Origin: a virus
Direction: 5' to 3' (one strand)
Length of the DNA: 64,000 nt
IMG/VR virus record: IMGVR_UViG_3300042330_000875
Location: 82,078 to 146,077 of that record
In this document: piece by piece, positions 1 through 9,907 of the stretch
Layout of the letters: every line of letters begins with the position of its first letter
Numbering within the stretch: position 1 is the first letter of the stretch
Notes under the pieces: model-generated
Told to the model about the DNA's origin: nothing
The model's input: only the letters and a program-made list of their open reading frames with translations
The model's database searches: none
Translations under genes and position numbers: made by a program

Positions 1-1
1 T

Positions 2-1393
2 ATTGATGAAATTCATCAACTTATGGGAATGAACAATGGTGAAAATTCAGCTATGAATGCTGCACAAATTTTAAAACCCGCATTAGCTCGTGGAACTTTA
101 AAATTAATTGGCGCAACCGATACGGAGAATTATCGTAAAATTCTACAAAAAGATAAACCATTAATGCGCCGATTCCAAGAAATTGTTATTGATGAACCTT
201 CTGCTGTTTATACAAAACAAATTCTCTATGGTTTAAAAGAAAGTTTTGAAAATTTTCATAATGTAAAATTCTCAAATTTGGCTTTAGATGCAGCAGTTGA
301 TTTATCTGGTCTTTATATTACAAATCGTAAATGGCCTGATAAAGCTATCGATTTAATCGATGCAGCGGGCGCTAGAGCATTGTTTCATAAAAAAGAATCA
401 GTTGAAGAAAGTGATATTGAATTTGAATTAACTCAAATCACAAAAATTCGCCCACAAAAAGCTAAAAAAGAAGAATCAAGCATTTATGATTTAGCAAAAA
501 ATATTAAACAACGTATTTTTGAACAAGATCAAGCAATTGAAACATTAGTTGATAGTGTTGCTATTGCAAAATGCGGAATGCGCGATACAAATAAACCTTT
601 AGGTCGTTATCTTTTTGTTGGCCCAAGTGGAACAGGCAAAACAGAAGTTTGTCGTGAATTAGCTAAAGAATTAAACATTCCCTTGCTCAAATATGATATG
701 AGTGAATATATGGAAGGGCACTCAATTAGTAAATTAATTGGTTCACCTCCTGGTTATGTTGGATATTCTGATGGTTCAAGTGGTTCAGGAAAATTAATCA
801 ATGATATTGAAACCAATCCAAATGCCATTTTACTATTAGATGAATTTGAAAAAGCGCACCCAAGTATTTTTAATGCATTCTTGCAAGTTTTAGATGATGC
901 TAAATTAACTTCAAGCGATGGTAAAACAGTAAAATTTAATAATGTTATTATCATTATGACAAGTAATGCTGGTGCTGCTAAATCTGAAAAAGCCTCAATT
1001 GGGTTTAATTCAAGTGAAAATAATTTACAATCAAATGTTATGGAAGCAGTTGAAAAAACCTTTTCTCCTGAGTTTCGTAATCGGTTAGATGAAGTTGTTG
1101 TTTTCAATCGTCTTAGTGAAGCGGCAATCAAACAAGTTGCTAAAAAGTTTCTTGATCGTCTTAATAACCAATTAAGTGAAAATTTAAATCAATTAACGTA
1201 TTCTGAAGCGGTTGTTGATTTTCTTGCTAAAAAAGGTTATAACCCAAAAATGGGAGCACGCCCAATGGAACGTGCAATTACTGATTTTGTTAAAAAGCAA
1301 ATTTCAAAAAAGATGTTTGAAAATCGTCATTTTGAAAATGTAAAAGTTTCATTAGACGTAATTGATGAAGAAATTAAAGTAGAGATTGCATAA
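2..1393 (+). CDS. clpA: ClpA-like AAA+ unfoldase (5'-truncated by window edge)
   Basis: Frame opens at the NBD1 Walker B (IDEIHQL); GATD, RRFQ and PDKAIDLID follow; NBD2 GPSGTGKTE, MSEYME, LIGSPPGYVG, LLLDEFEKAHP, GARP; short linker with no ClpB M-domain; IGF ClpP-docking loop (KASIGFN). Confidence 0.85.
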   Translation: MDEIHQLMGMNNGENSAMNAAQILKPALARGTLKLIGATDTENYRKILQKDKPLMRRFQEIVIDEPSAVYTKQILYGLKESFENFHNVKFSNLALDAAVDLSGLYITNRKWPDKAIDLIDAAGARALFHKKESVEESDIEFELTQITKIRPQKAKKEESSIYDLAKNIKQRIFEQDQAIETLVDSVAIAKCGMRDTNKPLGRYLFVGPSGTGKTEVCRELAKELNIPLLKYDMSEYMEGHSISKLIGSPPGYVGYSDGSSGSGKLINDIETNPNAILLLDEFEKAHPSIFNAFLQVLDDAKLTSSDGKTVKFNNVIIIMTSNAGAAKSEKASIGFNSSENNLQSNVMEAVEKTFSPEFRNRLDEVVVFNRLSEAAIKQVAKKFLDRLNNQLSENLNQLTYSEAVVDFLAKKGYNPKMGARPMERAITDFVKKQISKKMFENRHFENVKVSLDVIDEEIKVEIA

Positions 1394-1408
1394 GGCAATC
1401 TCTTTTTT
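1381..1408 (+). terminator. Intrinsic terminator-like hairpin
   Basis: AGAGATTGC-ATAAG-GCAATCTCT followed by a T-run, overlapping the clpA stop. Confidence 0.55.
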
Positions 1409-1419
1409 GGAGTTATAAC

Positions 1420-1776
1420 ATGGATTTTAAATTAGCAAAAGTATTATATGAAAAAAACGAATTAACACAAGGCGTTATTATTAAAGCAAAATATACGGCA
1501 GTTGATATGGCAGGCAGGCATTCTTTTGAAACCATAGATGAATTTTTAGTAATTTATGCTTCTATTAAGGCAGAAATGTTAATTTTACATTGTAGTCATA
1601 AAAAATCAGGTATGCGAAGAAATTTAACACATGATTGTATTTTAGAAATTAATGGCATGACACCTGATAGAATTGCTGATAGTATTGATTTAACAATTGA
1701 TGGAAATGCTAAAAAAATAGGCAATAAACGTGGAAGAAAAACAAATGAAGAGCGCGCAAGGTTAGCTAATTTATAA
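1420..1776 (+). CDS. Hypothetical protein, basic C-terminus
   Basis: GGAG RBS, 118 aa ORF, KRGRK tail. Confidence 0.6.
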   Translation: MDFKLAKVLYEKNELTQGVIIKAKYTAVDMAGRHSFETIDEFLVIYASIKAEMLILHCSHKKSGMRRNLTHDCILEINGMTPDRIADSIDLTIDGNAKKIGNKRGRKTNEERARLANL

Positions 1777-2105
1777 TGTTAATTTATTATATTGATGGTG
1801 AAAAATTTTACACTGAAGATTTTGATGATATTCCTCTGCATGATATTTCTTCACCTGATGAACAAACACCCGCATTTCAAGACAGTTTAACAAGTGAAAA
1901 ACTTTGGTGTGAAAAAAATTATCGTTGGCATCGATTAACTGGACCAACATTAATTCGTCCAGATGAAACTGTGGGATTTTGGTTAAACGATAAAAAATAC
2001 CATAATGTCCGGGATTGGATTAAAGAACATCCAAATCCAGATTTATATTTCGATGCATTAGGTATGAATGAAACAGACAGAGTGTTATGGTTTTTACAAA
2101 ATTAA
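1776..2105 (+). CDS. HRLTGP-family paralog 1 (tail type A)
   Basis: YYIDGEKF/SSPDEQTPA/HRLTGP/HPNPDLYF...ETDRVLWFLQN; TAATG overlap with upstream stop. Confidence 0.85.
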   Translation: MLIYYIDGEKFYTEDFDDIPLHDISSPDEQTPAFQDSLTSEKLWCEKNYRWHRLTGPTLIRPDETVGFWLNDKKYHNVRDWIKEHPNPDLYFDALGMNETDRVLWFLQN

Positions 2106-2122
2106 TTTTTATAAAAAAGCAC

Positions 2123-2157
2123 TAGACAGAGTATAGAAAATTTTCTATACTCTGTCT
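2123..2157. promoter_or_regulatory. Sigma70-like promoter embedded in a perfect 34-bp palindrome
   Basis: AGACAGAGTATAGAAAA|TTTTCTATACTCTGTCT (2124-2157); TAGACA-N17-TATACT. Confidence 0.7.
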
Positions 2158-2181
2158 CTAATGTTGATGAAGGGAAATTAA

Positions 2182-2592
2182 ATGTCGAGAATTTTGGTTC
2201 GAGATGATCGTTGGATGGATTTCATTGAACGCAATCTTGTAGATCATGAAGCCATTGCAAATGCGCGTGTTGGCGCATGTATTGTTTTTAAAAACGAAAT
2301 TGTTTCTTTTCAAACCAATCAACTTAAAACGCATCCGCTTCAAACTAAGTTTGGCCGTAATAAGGAAGCTATTTATCTTCATGCTGAAGTGGCAAGTATT
2401 GTTGCTGCCAGCAAGCGTATTATTCATCCGAATGATTGGAAGAAAAGCACGATTTATGTTTTGCGTTTGACGAAAAACGAAGATCGTGCTATTGCCAAGC
2501 CTTGTAGTGGTTGTACTCAAGCAATTGCTGCTTATGGAATTGGTCGTGTAGTTTATACTGGGTTTGATGGTGAGACTATTGTAGTTGATTAA
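2182..2592 (+). CDS. Zn-dependent cytidine/dCMP deaminase-family protein
   Basis: HAE...PCxxC (LHAEV, KPCSGC). Confidence 0.85.
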   Translation: MSRILVRDDRWMDFIERNLVDHEAIANARVGACIVFKNEIVSFQTNQLKTHPLQTKFGRNKEAIYLHAEVASIVAASKRIIHPNDWKKSTIYVLRLTKNEDRAIAKPCSGCTQAIAAYGIGRVVYTGFDGETIVVD

Positions 2593-3110
2593 AAATCAAC
2601 TGGAACGGTTTCACTCATTATATCATTAATATATTGTGAAACAATTTGTTCTTCTGTTCCAACATAACCATTTAAACGAAGATATTCTATAAAATATTCA
2701 TTCCAAATTAATTTTAATTGTAATCCATCTAAGCCTTTTTTATTATCAAAATTACTATCTAACATTTTCATAAATGGTTCTTGTTTTAAATTAGCCAATT
2801 CTAATTCATAAGTATCTTGATCAATATCTTCGTCTTCTAATTGCCAAAGTAATTGATATTCAAATAGTTTTTTATCGTTTTTAAGAAACAATTTTATTTT
2901 TTCACGATATTGTTCTTTTGTTAATAAATTTAATTGTAAATCAAATTTTAAAATTTCTAAAGTATTATCAATAATACCCATATCATTGTTTAAAATAAAC
3001 AATTCTTTTTCTAATTCAATTCCAGAATAATAATATTCTGCTTCGGCAATTTTTCTAGTTTTGCCTTTTAATCCCCAACTTCCAGGTAATAACCAAAATG
3101 GTAATTTCAT
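2589..3110 (-). CDS. Hypothetical phage protein
   Basis: 173 aa ORF with WNEYFIEYL...GYVGTEEQIV C-terminal block. Confidence 0.55.
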   Translation of the reverse strand: MKLPFWLLPGSWGLKGKTRKIAEAEYYYSGIELEKELFILNNDMGIIDNTLEILKFDLQLNLLTKEQYREKIKLFLKNDKKLFEYQLLWQLEDEDIDQDTYELELANLKQEPFMKMLDSNFDNKKGLDGLQLKLIWNEYFIEYLRLNGYVGTEEQIVSQYINDIMSETVPVDF

Positions 3111-3120
3111 TTTTTATTCC

Positions 3121-3639
3121 TTATAACTTATAACTATCAATAATTTTTTGTGTATTTTCGATAATTTTATTAGATTTTTCTATTAGATTATTATATCTCT
3201 TAATACGGTTATACATTTCTTCTTTATATTCTAAAACATGACATTTTTCTTGTTCTAATCTATTTTTGAATAGTTCTAAATCTAACCATTTACCAAGATT
3301 TATATCAGAGAATAAAATATCATCATTATAGTTAATAACTATTTCTTTTTTACTCGTGGTTGACCAAGAAGAAACTTTTGGACCAGAACCGCCACCCTCA
3401 TCGTTATCATACGAATCATAACTTGTATGTTGAAATTCAACAACAATGTTTTTATTAATTAGATCAATATTAAAAGAATATGGCACACCAAACGTTTCAT
3501 CATATTCAAATTCATAACGATATGATTTTAATTCTTTATTTTTAAGAGAAATTAAATTATTAATCTTTATTTTATTTTCTTCCAATAATTTCTCTGATAG
3601 TTCTATTTCATTTAATAAATTAATTATTTCATTATTCAT
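3121..3639 (-). CDS. Hypothetical protein (coiled-coil ends)
   Basis: 172 aa ORF coupled to the deaminase gene. Confidence 0.55.
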   Translation of the reverse strand: MNNEIINLLNEIELSEKLLEENKIKINNLISLKNKELKSYRYEFEYDETFGVPYSFNIDLINKNIVVEFQHTSYDSYDNDEGGGSGPKVSSWSTTSKKEIVINYNDDILFSDINLGKWLDLELFKNRLEQEKCHVLEYKEEMYNRIKRYNNLIEKSNKIIENTQKIIDSYKL

Positions 3640-4064
3640 AATAATTCCTCACAAATTGTAACTTTTATATTTGAGTTGTTTAACATATGTTCTGCTGCAT
3701 CAAAACTTTCTTGTAATGTTTTTCCTGTTGGTTTAGGTGGAACAACAATTTCTTTTATTTTGAATTTAATCATTACCTTTACACATTCCGAGCAAGGCCA
3801 CCAATTAATATACATAATGCTATCTTTAACATCAATATTGTTAATAATTGCAGAAAAAATAGCATTTCTTTCCGCATGTTCCAAATAAAAATATTTATGT
3901 GGTTTTTCAAGATATTTTGGATTTTTATCTTTTATATCCGCCCAATCATTAAAACCAGTTGAAATTATTTCGTTGTTTTTTACAATTAATGCTGCCACTT
4001 TTCTTGTTGGATCAGGACTTTTTTCTGCTAAGTTTTTTAAAATTTGAAAATATTCTTTGTTCAT
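3636..4064 (-). CDS. dCMP deaminase
   Basis: SPDPTRKV, STGFN, HAERNAI, WPCSEC. Confidence 0.88.
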   Translation of the reverse strand: MNKEYFQILKNLAEKSPDPTRKVAALIVKNNEIISTGFNDWADIKDKNPKYLEKPHKYFYLEHAERNAIFSAIINNIDVKDSIMYINWWPCSECVKVMIKFKIKEIVVPPKPTGKTLQESFDAAEHMLNNSNIKVTICEELL

Positions 4065-4191
4065 TTTTAACCTCTTGATTAGAGTATAATCAAAAATGAT
4101 AATTTAAACAAATAAAACTTGACGAAATTGCAAAAATATTTTATTATTAATTTTAAATAGATTAAATTAAAAAACAATACAAGGAACAATT

Positions 4192-4443
4192 ATGATTTTT
4201 ACAGCGGCATTGATGAATTTAATTTTATCTTTTATTTCAATTGTTTATATTAAGTTTAAAAACTTTGATGTAATTTATTATTCTAAATTATCAAAAGAAC
4301 AACAGGTAATTTATCTACAAAATTATACTGATAATAGTTTGAAATTTCTTTCGCAAAATGAAATTGTTCAAATACAAACATATTCTCTTATGTTTATTGT
4401 TATGTTACTTTTATTACCTTATGCTTATTTTTTCGGGCTATAA
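4192..4443 (+). CDS. Small membrane protein
   Basis: Two hydrophobic segments; AAGGA RBS. Confidence 0.5.
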   Translation: MIFTAALMNLILSFISIVYIKFKNFDVIYYSKLSKEQQVIYLQNYTDNSLKFLSQNEIVQIQTYSLMFIVMLLLLPYAYFFGL

Positions 4444-4470
4444 TTTCAATTTAAAAAATTGTTAATTTTA

Positions 4471-4478
4471 TATAAATA
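4471..4478 (+). promoter_or_regulatory. Possible T4-type late promoter TATAAATA
   Basis: Exact TATAAATA about 25 nt upstream of a structural gene; short motif in AT-rich DNA. Confidence 0.4.
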
Positions 4479-4502
4479 TTAGGTTATTAGAGGAGTTAAA
4501 TA

Positions 4503-6356
4503 ATGTCATCAAATAATTTTTCATTGGAAGGTGTAGCCAGTAAAGTTCGCTTAGGCAAAGCTGGTCCACAATTAAAAAACAATAATGGTGTTATCGAAGT
4601 TAAAAACGTAGATGATACCACTTTAGCTAAATTATCAGTTGCAGATGGAACCAATCCATCAGAAGCAACAAATTTATCTCAATTAGAAAGCGCAATTGCA
4701 GATGTACCAGTTACTTTTACTGGTTTTGATTTTCGTTTAGGCGATATCGCAAACGGCGATGGTAGTTGGACACCAGGAGCGGTTCCAATTGATGAAAATA
4801 CCAAAATAAGTGCAGCAATTGATGGTTTAAATGAAGTTCTTTCATTGCTTGTTCCTGCACAACCGCCAGCTTTTCCAAATGCTCAAGCATTAACTTTAAC
4901 TTCAGTTGGTACATCACCATTACAAGCTGCTGGTGCGGTTCCAAACAATACAGGAACAACTTCTCCTTGGAGTGCTGGACAAGCAGTTACACGCTTAACT
5001 TCAAACGCAACTACTAACACATTTAATGATATGGGTCCAGGCAACTCAGGAACCGTTACACTTATTAATAATGGCGCATCTTCTGGTTCTCGTGTTTTAA
5101 CTGGAACTGGCGATAATGGAACTTATGGTAATCTTGTAATAGCAGATCAAAAAGATTTTCCAGTTATTACGCCCGGTTTTTGGAAATCCATTGATATTTC
5201 TGGTAGTGGTATAGTTGGAACACAAGGAACAAATCGTATTTCAATCAATCATTCGGCTGCTGGTTCAACAGGGGATGTTTTTTATATTAGAGACAATATA
5301 ACAGCAACCCCAGTTGTTAGCTCAGTTGGTTTATCTCAATCAGGTTCTCCTACATTTGCCTATAGTTCAAGTGTGCCTCATTATGGTGATTCAACCGCAA
5401 CTTTAACTGGTTCAGCAAGTGTTAACAATTTATCAGGTGAAACGTATTATGGCGGTTCAACCCCATTTACGGTTTCTGGCACAAATTCTATTATAGCATC
5501 ACAAAGTTATACTTATGCAACTTTAGGTATTACTACACCAATTACTCGACAAACTGTTGCTGCTACTCCAATTACACCAGTTTCTATTTTAGTTAATGGA
5601 ACAAACATTCATAATTCTGGTTTAATTCAAGCAGTTTCAACAAACGTAAATGGTTCAAGTGCTGCAACCAATTTAAGTTCTTCAATTGTGTTAGTAAAAC
5701 GTGGAACAGTTGGCAGTAGAATTGATGAAATGAATATTCCAATTACTATTGCTGGAACAACCGGAGATTCAGTTGCACAAAGAATTTCTTCTAATTCAAA
5801 TGCTGATACACCAAATTATACTTTTACTGGAACATCAACAGATTGGGTACAAAATGCAGCTTTAAGCACTTATGAAACAGCAGTAGTTGCTGGTTTATTA
5901 TCTCATAACCAAACAAATTATTCAACTGGTCATTTACCAGTTGGGCCAAATTTAAGTGTTGGTCGAACAGGCGCACAATATATTACATTTTGGTTTAGAC
6001 GTACACCAGTTAGTAAATTTGATCTTCAATTAACAACAGGTGTTAGTGGTATTGGTGGTTGCTGGATTAAATTAGTAGGTCAAGAAACAACAAGTACATT
6101 AAATGGTTGGTTTGATATGAGTTTAGCTTATTCTGGTTCTGGTGCTCCTGGTGCTGGCGCTGGTGGTAATGGAAGTAATGGTTGTGCATTAGGTGGTGTT
6201 TTAGCTACTAGCACACAATATACCAATGCAAGAAGAACTGTTACTTTTGGTACATTAAGTTCAGCAAGTGCAACCAACAATTCAATTTTAGTTAGATTTA
6301 AATTAACTTCTGGACAATCAATTCCAGCATTAAGCATTTTAGCGGCAAGTAATTAA
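4503..6356 (+). CDS. Putative virion structural protein (tail fibre/baseplate-associated)
   Basis: 617 aa, S/T/G/N-rich beta-type composition, GAGGAG RBS, late-promoter-like motif upstream. Confidence 0.65.
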   Translation: MSSNNFSLEGVASKVRLGKAGPQLKNNNGVIEVKNVDDTTLAKLSVADGTNPSEATNLSQLESAIADVPVTFTGFDFRLGDIANGDGSWTPGAVPIDENTKISAAIDGLNEVLSLLVPAQPPAFPNAQALTLTSVGTSPLQAAGAVPNNTGTTSPWSAGQAVTRLTSNATTNTFNDMGPGNSGTVTLINNGASSGSRVLTGTGDNGTYGNLVIADQKDFPVITPGFWKSIDISGSGIVGTQGTNRISINHSAAGSTGDVFYIRDNITATPVVSSVGLSQSGSPTFAYSSSVPHYGDSTATLTGSASVNNLSGETYYGGSTPFTVSGTNSIIASQSYTYATLGITTPITRQTVAATPITPVSILVNGTNIHNSGLIQAVSTNVNGSSAATNLSSSIVLVKRGTVGSRIDEMNIPITIAGTTGDSVAQRISSNSNADTPNYTFTGTSTDWVQNAALSTYETAVVAGLLSHNQTNYSTGHLPVGPNLSVGRTGAQYITFWFRRTPVSKFDLQLTTGVSGIGGCWIKLVGQETTSTLNGWFDMSLAYSGSGAPGAGAGGNGSNGCALGGVLATSTQYTNARRTVTFGTLSSASATNNSILVRFKLTSGQSIPALSILAASN

Positions 6357-6370
6357 TAGGAGAATAAAAA

Positions 6371-7429
6371 ATGGCTATTTCAGATACACAATTAATCGAC
6401 CTATTAGTTAAAAAAGTTATTGGTGGCGTTGCTAAAACCGATACGGCAAGTGCAAAAAGTGTTAGCAATGAAACTATTGCTAGTCCTTTACCAGTTTATG
6501 CAAATCAAATTTGGGCTGAACCAGAAAATATTCCAAATACTCCACCAATTTCTAATACATCGGCAGTAAGTGTTCGCACGGTTGCCAATTCAAGTTCACA
6601 AATAAATTTAACAATGGACGCAACATCAACAACCAATCGTACATTTTTAACTGGATTGGTTGATTGGATTTCTCCTACATTTGGAAGTAATTATGCGGTA
6701 AAGATTTATCGTGGAAATCCAGCATTGGGCGGGGTTCAAATATTCCCAAATGGTTCTGGTAACTCTGATTCTTATATGTTTGATTATACTGCTGGTGTTT
6801 TAAATTTTGCTGATACAAATATTCCATCGGGCATAACATCAAGCAATGTTTGGATTGAAGGTTATCGATATATTGGAGCAAAAGGCGTAGCAAGTGCTGC
6901 TGGATCAACAAAAACATATATTGTTGCTAACATTGCTGCTAGAGATGCATTAACTGGATTAAAGGCTGGCGATGGTGCATTTGTGTTAGATGCAAGTGCC
7001 GATCCTCAAATAACAGATACAGGCGAATATGCAGAATATCGTTGGACTGGTTCTGCTTGGAAATTGATTTCAACTGAAGACGCAGTTAAAGTTGATGCTA
7101 GTTCAATTAAAATTACAGTTAATTCTTCAACTACTGGGCCAATCGTTTTAGCAACTGCCGGAAATATTTATTCCACTTATAAAGTTTCAAGAATTATTGG
7201 AGCAGAAATTAAAGTTAATACTGTTTTTGATGGAAATAAATCTTTTAATGTTGGTACAGACGGTAATAATACTGCTGTTTTAACCGATACTGATTATGAT
7301 TTAACACAAACTGGTAATTACGTTCGCAGCGGTGGTTTTGACTTCCCAAGTGGCAATACAGAAATTAAATTATTTACTTCTGGAAGTTCAACAGTAGGAA
7401 GCGCTACGATTTATTTGACTTATGTTTAA
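6371..7429 (+). CDS. Putative virion structural protein
   Basis: S/T/G-rich; VANIAARDAL...GDGAFVLDAS...YRWTGSAW resembles tail-fibre modules; co-operonic with 4503-6356. Confidence 0.65.
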   Translation: MAISDTQLIDLLVKKVIGGVAKTDTASAKSVSNETIASPLPVYANQIWAEPENIPNTPPISNTSAVSVRTVANSSSQINLTMDATSTTNRTFLTGLVDWISPTFGSNYAVKIYRGNPALGGVQIFPNGSGNSDSYMFDYTAGVLNFADTNIPSGITSSNVWIEGYRYIGAKGVASAAGSTKTYIVANIAARDALTGLKAGDGAFVLDASADPQITDTGEYAEYRWTGSAWKLISTEDAVKVDASSIKITVNSSTTGPIVLATAGNIYSTYKVSRIIGAEIKVNTVFDGNKSFNVGTDGNNTAVLTDTDYDLTQTGNYVRSGGFDFPSGNTEIKLFTSGSSTVGSATIYLTYV

Positions 7430-7437
7430 TAATTAAT

Positions 7438-7467
7438 AAAGGGGAGATTTAAATCTCCCCTTTTTTT
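7438..7467. terminator. Bidirectional intrinsic terminator
   Basis: AAAGGGGAGATTTAAATCTCCCCTTTTTTT between convergent genes. Confidence 0.8.
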
Positions 7468-7657
7468 AAAAGAAATTAGGAATGTTCATAATTCCATAAC
7501 CAATTAAAAACAAAACAACGGAAATAATAAAACAAAGTGTTTTTAAGCCACCAATTTTACGTTTATTTACCGTAACAGTACCAAATAAAGAAACAACTGC
7601 TAGGCCAATTGCAAAGGTGAAAAAGGGCGATGCAATAAGAATAAAAAGAAGTTCCAT
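7466..7657 (-). CDS. Small two-TM membrane protein (early cassette)
   Basis: AAGGAG RBS; downstream of a strong promoter. Confidence 0.6.
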   Translation of the reverse strand: MELLFILIASPFFTFAIGLAVVSLFGTVTVNKRKIGGLKTLCFIISVVLFLIGYGIMNIPNFF

Positions 7658-7704
7658 AGTTCAATCTCCTTTGTTCGTTGCGACGTTTCCGTCTTGATGA
7701 ACCC

Positions 7705-7733
7705 AATATAGAAAATTTTCTGATCTTTGTCAA
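7705..7733 (-). promoter_or_regulatory. Phage early promoter TTGACA-N17-TATATT
   Basis: Near-consensus sigma70 boxes; AGAAAATTTTCT next to -10; repeated elsewhere in the window. Confidence 0.8.
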
Positions 7734-7756
7734 GCGCTTTTTTAAATTTAATTTTT

Positions 7757-7780
7757 CCGGTATTATGTAGCAAACGCCAC
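7757..7780 (+). repeat. Left terminal inverted repeat
   Basis: Reverse complement of 14851-14874 with one mismatch. Confidence 0.9.
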
Positions 7781-7855
7781 TAACTTTCTCAGCAGAAGCC
7801 CGGCATTTTACAGTATATTGCATATCGAGATCAAAAATCAAAATTGGAATGAAAG

Positions 7856-8281
7856 ATGCCGTTCGCTGAAATTTTGAAACCGCTTCAGGAGAAGCACGCT
7901 GAATTAACGGCAGTTATAAAAAATCTACAAATTCAGATTGATTTACATAAGGATAATTTACGACACTTAGAAGCGACGATGCGGTTATTCGATGGTAGCA
8001 CACCCATTCTCACAAAGAAGGAAGAGAAGGCGAAGATTTTTTGGCATGGTGAATTATCACGCCTGATTATGGATGCGTTGCGCGGGAAGGAATCTGGTTT
8101 GAGTACGACAGATATAACGCATGCTGTTATGTTGACTAAAAATCTCGATTCGGAAGACAAGAATTTTGTGAAGGAGATAAAGGAGCAGGTAACGCGGTGT
8201 TTATCGCGTCAAAAGTCTATTGGGTTATTGAGTTCGAAAAAATCCGATGGGAAGGATTATATTTGGGATATTAAAGATTAA
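7856..8281 (+). CDS. Transposon passenger, hypothetical (coiled coil plus possible winged HTH)
   Basis: 141 aa; GELSRLIMDALR...LSTTDIT pattern. Confidence 0.55.
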   Translation: MPFAEILKPLQEKHAELTAVIKNLQIQIDLHKDNLRHLEATMRLFDGSTPILTKKEEKAKIFWHGELSRLIMDALRGKESGLSTTDITHAVMLTKNLDSEDKNFVKEIKEQVTRCLSRQKSIGLLSSKKSDGKDYIWDIKD

Positions 8282-8317
8282 TATTATAAATATATATTAA
8301 CATATTGGAGAATTTTT

Positions 8318-8548
8318 ATGGAAGATATTTTTAAAGATGCAGAAGTAGTGTATATGACTTCTGAGGAAATAAGAAATTTGAAAACCAATTTAGATGGTGT
8401 TTTGGAAAATATTAAAACCTTAATTACGCCAGAATGGCTTGAAAATCATCCTCGCCAGATCGTGAACGGCAGAGAATATTATGATTTTAATAAAGAGGAT
8501 TACGATTTATTAGGAATAAAATTAAGAACAATTATTTTGTCGTATTAA
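8318..8548 (+). CDS. Transposon passenger, hypothetical
   Basis: GGAG RBS, 76 aa. Confidence 0.5.
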   Translation: MEDIFKDAEVVYMTSEEIRNLKTNLDGVLENIKTLITPEWLENHPRQIVNGREYYDFNKEDYDLLGIKLRTIILSY

Positions 8549-8741
8549 TAATATTTTTTTCTACAAACTCTAGATAATCATCGTAATTACTGAATTCCAA
8601 ATCACCAAGAAGCTTATTTCCGTCATTTTGAATTATTCTAGCCACTATATATGGGGTAGTTGTTGCCGAATTTAATTTATAAGCTGGAATGATAGTGACG
8701 TAATTATTCTTGAATGTATCTAGCGTAAATGATATTGACAT
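8532..8741 (-). CDS. Transposon passenger, hypothetical
   Basis: GAGG RBS, 69 aa, downstream of the transposase. Confidence 0.45.
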   Translation of the reverse strand: MSISFTLDTFKNNYVTIIPAYKLNSATTTPYIVARIIQNDGNKLLGDLEFSNYDDYLEFVEKNIINTTK

Positions 8742-8814
8742 AATTCCTCACTCGCATTGATCCGGTAAATTTGGTACAACCAAATAGGCGCGCTTGCAAC
8801 AGTTTTTCCCCTTT

Positions 8815-9792
8815 TTATTTTTGCTGATTACGTTGCCAATACCCGGAAAAATCAACCGAGGGGCGATTAACACAAACCAACCGAAGAACGCGGTCGAATT
8901 GAGCCACATTCCCGTCAGAACGATGATCTTCACGAAAAGCCATCTCGCGCGCGTACCGATCAAGGTAAACGCCCGAAAGGTGATGATGATGCCCCAATTC
9001 AGCACGACGCAACCGCGAAAAGAAACTTTCAGCTTGATTCGTACATGCACCTTCAAAACTGTAAGCTTCGCTGTGATTGATCCGTTTCATGTCGAATTTG
9101 GCATGTAGATTATTCCAAGCCCGTGCTTCATCGGCATGAATTGTGGTTCCTTTTTCGACATTTTGTTTAATGAAATTTAGGCTTTGTTCTTCAGAAGCGA
9201 AAGTTTTGGTTTTCGTCTTGCCATTGCGTTCGCGGATGACAACGACGCATTTGCGTTTGCCGGTTTGGTTTTCAGCCAAGCGCCGATCTTTGCGTTCGGT
9301 TTTGAGATTTTCAGGGCGCATGTGTCCGCCGAAGTAAGCCCCATCGATTTCAACCGTTTTATCGATACCGCCGATTTCGTTCTGATTGATTTCCGACGCC
9401 ATCGCTTCGCGCAATTTATGCGTTAAGACGAAGGCCGTCTTATACTGAACATCCAGATCGCGGCTCAAAGCCAAAGCCGATTTGCCTTTGACTTCGTTGA
9501 CGAAAATTGCAATAGCGGCAAGGTACATGTTCAAAGGGAGTTTATGCCAAGCGAACAAGGTGCCCGAAGTAAGGGTGAATTCTTTCCGGCAATCTTTGCA
9601 GCGCCAACGGCGCGTTCCTGATTTCCGGGGGCAGAAATAAAGCGTCAAGGAGCCGCAATCGGGGCAATGAGGCGTGCCATCGGCCCAACGGATTTTTTGA
9701 AAGGCATCGGCGCTTTCCTCGGCAGTCATGCGAAAAATTTTCGCCAGGGAAAGGCCGCGAGCATCTTTTGAAAGGAGAAAATGTTGTGTCAT
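8815..9792 (-). CDS. IS1595-family (ISXO2-like) DDE transposase
   Basis: N-terminal Zn ribbon CPDC...CKDC, FTLTSGTLF, KGKSALALSRDL, VEIDGAY, IHADE, INHS, TNQAESFFSRLRR. Confidence 0.95.
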   Translation of the reverse strand: MTQHFLLSKDARGLSLAKIFRMTAEESADAFQKIRWADGTPHCPDCGSLTLYFCPRKSGTRRWRCKDCRKEFTLTSGTLFAWHKLPLNMYLAAIAIFVNEVKGKSALALSRDLDVQYKTAFVLTHKLREAMASEINQNEIGGIDKTVEIDGAYFGGHMRPENLKTERKDRRLAENQTGKRKCVVVIRERNGKTKTKTFASEEQSLNFIKQNVEKGTTIHADEARAWNNLHAKFDMKRINHSEAYSFEGACTNQAESFFSRLRRAELGHHHHLSGVYLDRYAREMAFREDHRSDGNVAQFDRVLRLVCVNRPSVDFSGYWQRNQQK

Positions 9793-9907
9793 TTCACGTA
9801 TCCATTGTTTAACTAACGAATACGTTATGTTTTTGAAATCGCCTTGTCAACAGAAAAGATAACGTATATGTTGTTTTTATAACTTTTATGTTTGGGGGAG
9901 TTGGGGA

